Below, piece after piece: positions 61,755 through 64,000 of a stretch of DNA of 64,000 bases; within the stretch, counting starts at the first letter, position 1, and each line of letters starts with the position of its first letter. The notes below the pieces were generated by a model, which was not told the DNA's origin, ran no database searches, and worked only from the letters and a program-made list of their open reading frames with translations. A program made the position numbers and the translations under genes. Source of the DNA: Octopus sinensis (lineage: Eukaryota); the NCBI RefSeq assembly GCF_006345805.1, contig NC_043002.1, positions 90,768,001 to 90,832,000 of the forward strand, given 5' to 3'.

Positions 61755-62938
61755 CAGGGTGTTCAGGCTAAATTTGATAGTTTGCATAAAAGGAAAAGAA
61801 AACATTATATCCTATCTAAAGGTAAAAGAATCTTTAAAAGTCAAACAATATAACTAGATTATGGCTGCGAGATAACAGTTTATTCAAAGTAGTCACCCTT
61901 AACTTCTACCATGGTCTCAAGATAGCTCTGGAACCTGGTACATGCATTCTCACTGTATCCTGTGGAGGCACATGGCCTAGTGGTTAGAGCAGCGGACTCA
62001 CAGTTGAGGGATCGCGAGTTCGAATCTCAGACCAAACGATGTGTATGTTTATGAGTGAAAACACCTAAGCTCCACATGACTCCGGCAGAAGGTAATGGCA
62101 AACTTCTGCTGACTCTTTCACCACAACTTTCTCTCACTCTTTCCTCCTGTGTCTTGCAGCTCACCTGCGACAGACCAGCGTCCCGTCCAGGTGGGGAACC
62201 TATATGCCAAGAAACCAGGAAACCGGCCCTTATGAGCCAGGCATGGCTCGAGAAGGAACAAACATTGTATCCTCGGGAAGATCTTCAAACATCTCCTTGA
62301 TTTTGGCTACCACCATCTCAATCTTGGTGTTGCAGGCACAGTAATCCCTGGGATTACAATTGAAGGAATTAAGAGACCAGAAATTGGGGCAGGTGAAGTC
62401 AAAGAAATTCTCCAACAACCATTTCCATTTCTTTCTGGAGGTATGGCATAGAGCCAAATTCTGCTACCATACATATGGTCTGGCAGTAGCAAGTGTCTCC
62501 AGCCAGAGATTGATCACCGTCCCCAGCAGCTTCACATAGCTGTCTGAATTGAGTCTTAGGCCCTGTTCAAAGATGTGGGGATGAATCCCAGCATGCAGGC
62601 ACAGTCAGAATGCCTGCTGTGTCCCTTCTTGCTGGCCATGGCTTTGTAGTCTTCATTGCAGCTGTCCGTGTCACATAATACAGCTTCTACAATATTCACA
62701 GAGCATAGAGCAGCAGCTATGATACTAGCACTTTAATACCCAATGCAAATCATTATGATGATACAGGTAACTCTTTCCCAAAATTCAGATGGCTTCCAGT
62801 CCTCCATGTCACCTAACTTTTTCTCAACTACAACTTATAATCTTTATGCTCTCCAATGCTGTTCTCTGTTCACCAGTATATCAAGCTGTTCCTGAAAAAA
62901 GGAGACATAAAAAAATCAAACTTAGCATGAACAGCCTG
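61755..62938 (-). mobile_element. Internally deleted Tc1/mariner element of maT/DD37D type, with a SINE B insertion (61961-62263)
   Basis: TIRs CAGGGTGTTCAGGCTAAATTTGAT / ATCAAACTTAGCATGAACAGCCTG; remnant CHTSRK..KWL.ENF.DF..PNFW..NS..CNP.DY...ACNTK...KGDYFE*; SINE TSD tgtatcct. Confidence 0.8.
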
Positions 62939-63029
62939 TATATTATAAATTGCTGAATATGTATATATACATGTACACCTATACATATATATATATATAT
63001 TATATATATATATATATTCTCTCTCTCTC

Positions 63030-63231
63030 TCATTTACTTGTTTCAGTCATTTGATTGCGGTCATGCTGGAGCACTACCTTTTAGTCGAGCAAATCGACCC
63101 CGGGACTTATTCTTTGTAAGCCCAGTACTCATCAGTCTCTTTTGCCGAACCGCTAAGTGACGGGGACGTAAACACACCAGCATCGGTTGTCAAGCAATGC
63201 TAGAGGGACAAACACAGACACACAAACACAT

Positions 63232-63266
<35 letters not shown>

Positions 63267-63431
63267 CATATATACGACAGGCTTCTTTCAGTTTCCATCA
63301 ACCAAATCCACTCACAAGGCATTGGTCGGCCCGGGGCTATAGTAGAAGACACTTGCCCAAGATACCACGCAGTGGGACTGAGCCCGGAACCATGTGGTTG
63401 GTTAGCAAGCTACTTACCACACAGCCACTCC

Positions 63432-63432
<1 letters not shown>
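63030..63432 (-). mobile_element. SINE family A, young
   Basis: Near-identical reverse complement of 61074-61495. Confidence 0.9.
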
Positions 63433-63469
<37 letters not shown>

Positions 63470-63473
63470 ATGT

Positions 63474-63779
63474 GGAGGCGCAATGGCCGAGTGGTTAGGG
63501 CAGCAGACTCGCGGTCGCAGAATCGCGGTTTCGATTCCCAGACCGCGCGTTGTGTGTGTTTATTGAGCGAAAACACCTGAAGCTCCACGAGGCTCCGGCA
63601 GGGGATGCTGGCAGTCCCTGCTGTACTCTTTCACCACAACTTTCTCTCACACTTTCTTCTGTTGGCCTGCTTCCTTAGCCAGTGGGGTGGCGTCATTTGA
63701 AGGCTAAAACAATGCAAAGCGCATTGTGACCAGCGATGTGTAGCAACATCTGATAGTCTGGTCGATCACGGTGATCATG

Positions 63780-63783
<4 letters not shown>
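63474..63783 (+). mobile_element. SINE family B, head-1/tail-3
   Basis: tRNA-like head plus the gccagtggggtggcgtcatttgaagg...gatcacggtgat tail. Confidence 0.82.
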
Positions 63784-63817
<34 letters not shown>

Positions 63818-63823
<6 letters not shown>

Positions 63824-64000
63824 GTTGGTGCATAATTATTGTGGCTTTTTACAACAAATATTATTCAACAAAAACAATAACAATATTTAACAAAAACATC
63901 ATTAAACGACAATCGACTTTTTTTCATAAAAATGTGTATCAAAAATCATATCCACATTCGCCATATTATGCCCTACCAATTCGAGAAAGGTTGAACTGCA
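63818..64000. mobile_element. End of a second mariner-type element (runs off the window)
   Basis: TA|TTGGGTTGGTGCATAATTATTG mariner-like TIR adjoining (TA)n. Confidence 0.6.

Overview
AT-rich, microsatellite-laden eukaryotic genomic DNA. The SINE families and repeat landscape look like an Octopus (coleoid cephalopod) genome; this is inferred from recognising the repeats, not from a search. One host gene crosses the window on the + strand: nine internal coding exons of a PLEKHH1/PLEKHH2 (MAX-1-like; tandem PH domains, MyTH4-FERM expected downstream) gene. All nine have canonical AG/GT junctions and mutually compatible phases (4863-5064, 11192-11331, 18586-18696, 24106-24192, 30068-30137, 44797-44885, 46051-46131, 54020-54187, 60262-60370). 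The rest is intron packed with tRNA-derived SINEs (at least three body types with swappable heads and tails), 5'-truncated RTE and CR1-like LINE ends, a Penelope GIY-YIG fragment, non-autonomous Helitrons, hAT, piggyBac-like and mariner MITEs, two decayed Tc1/mariner transposons and an 8-bp-TSD MITE carrying telomeric TTAGGG repeats. Most ORFs in the supplied track are microsatellite or repeat artefacts. The most notable unexplained signals are: (i) minimal type-I hammerhead ribozyme motifs of Penelope type, one apparently intact (44388-44425, minus strand), which repeatedly sit in fold-back palindromes; (ii) a tandemly repeated, structurally conserved H-type pseudoknot motif in the tail of an RTE-derived element; (iii) a Helitron head-to-tail CTAG|TC junction; (iv) a shared 3' end between a CR1-like LINE and the dominant SINE; (v) a high density of short-range inverted repeats that would make this pre-mRNA rich in dsRNA. 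SINE boundaries without a target-site duplication (TSD) are approximate (about 10-20 bp).
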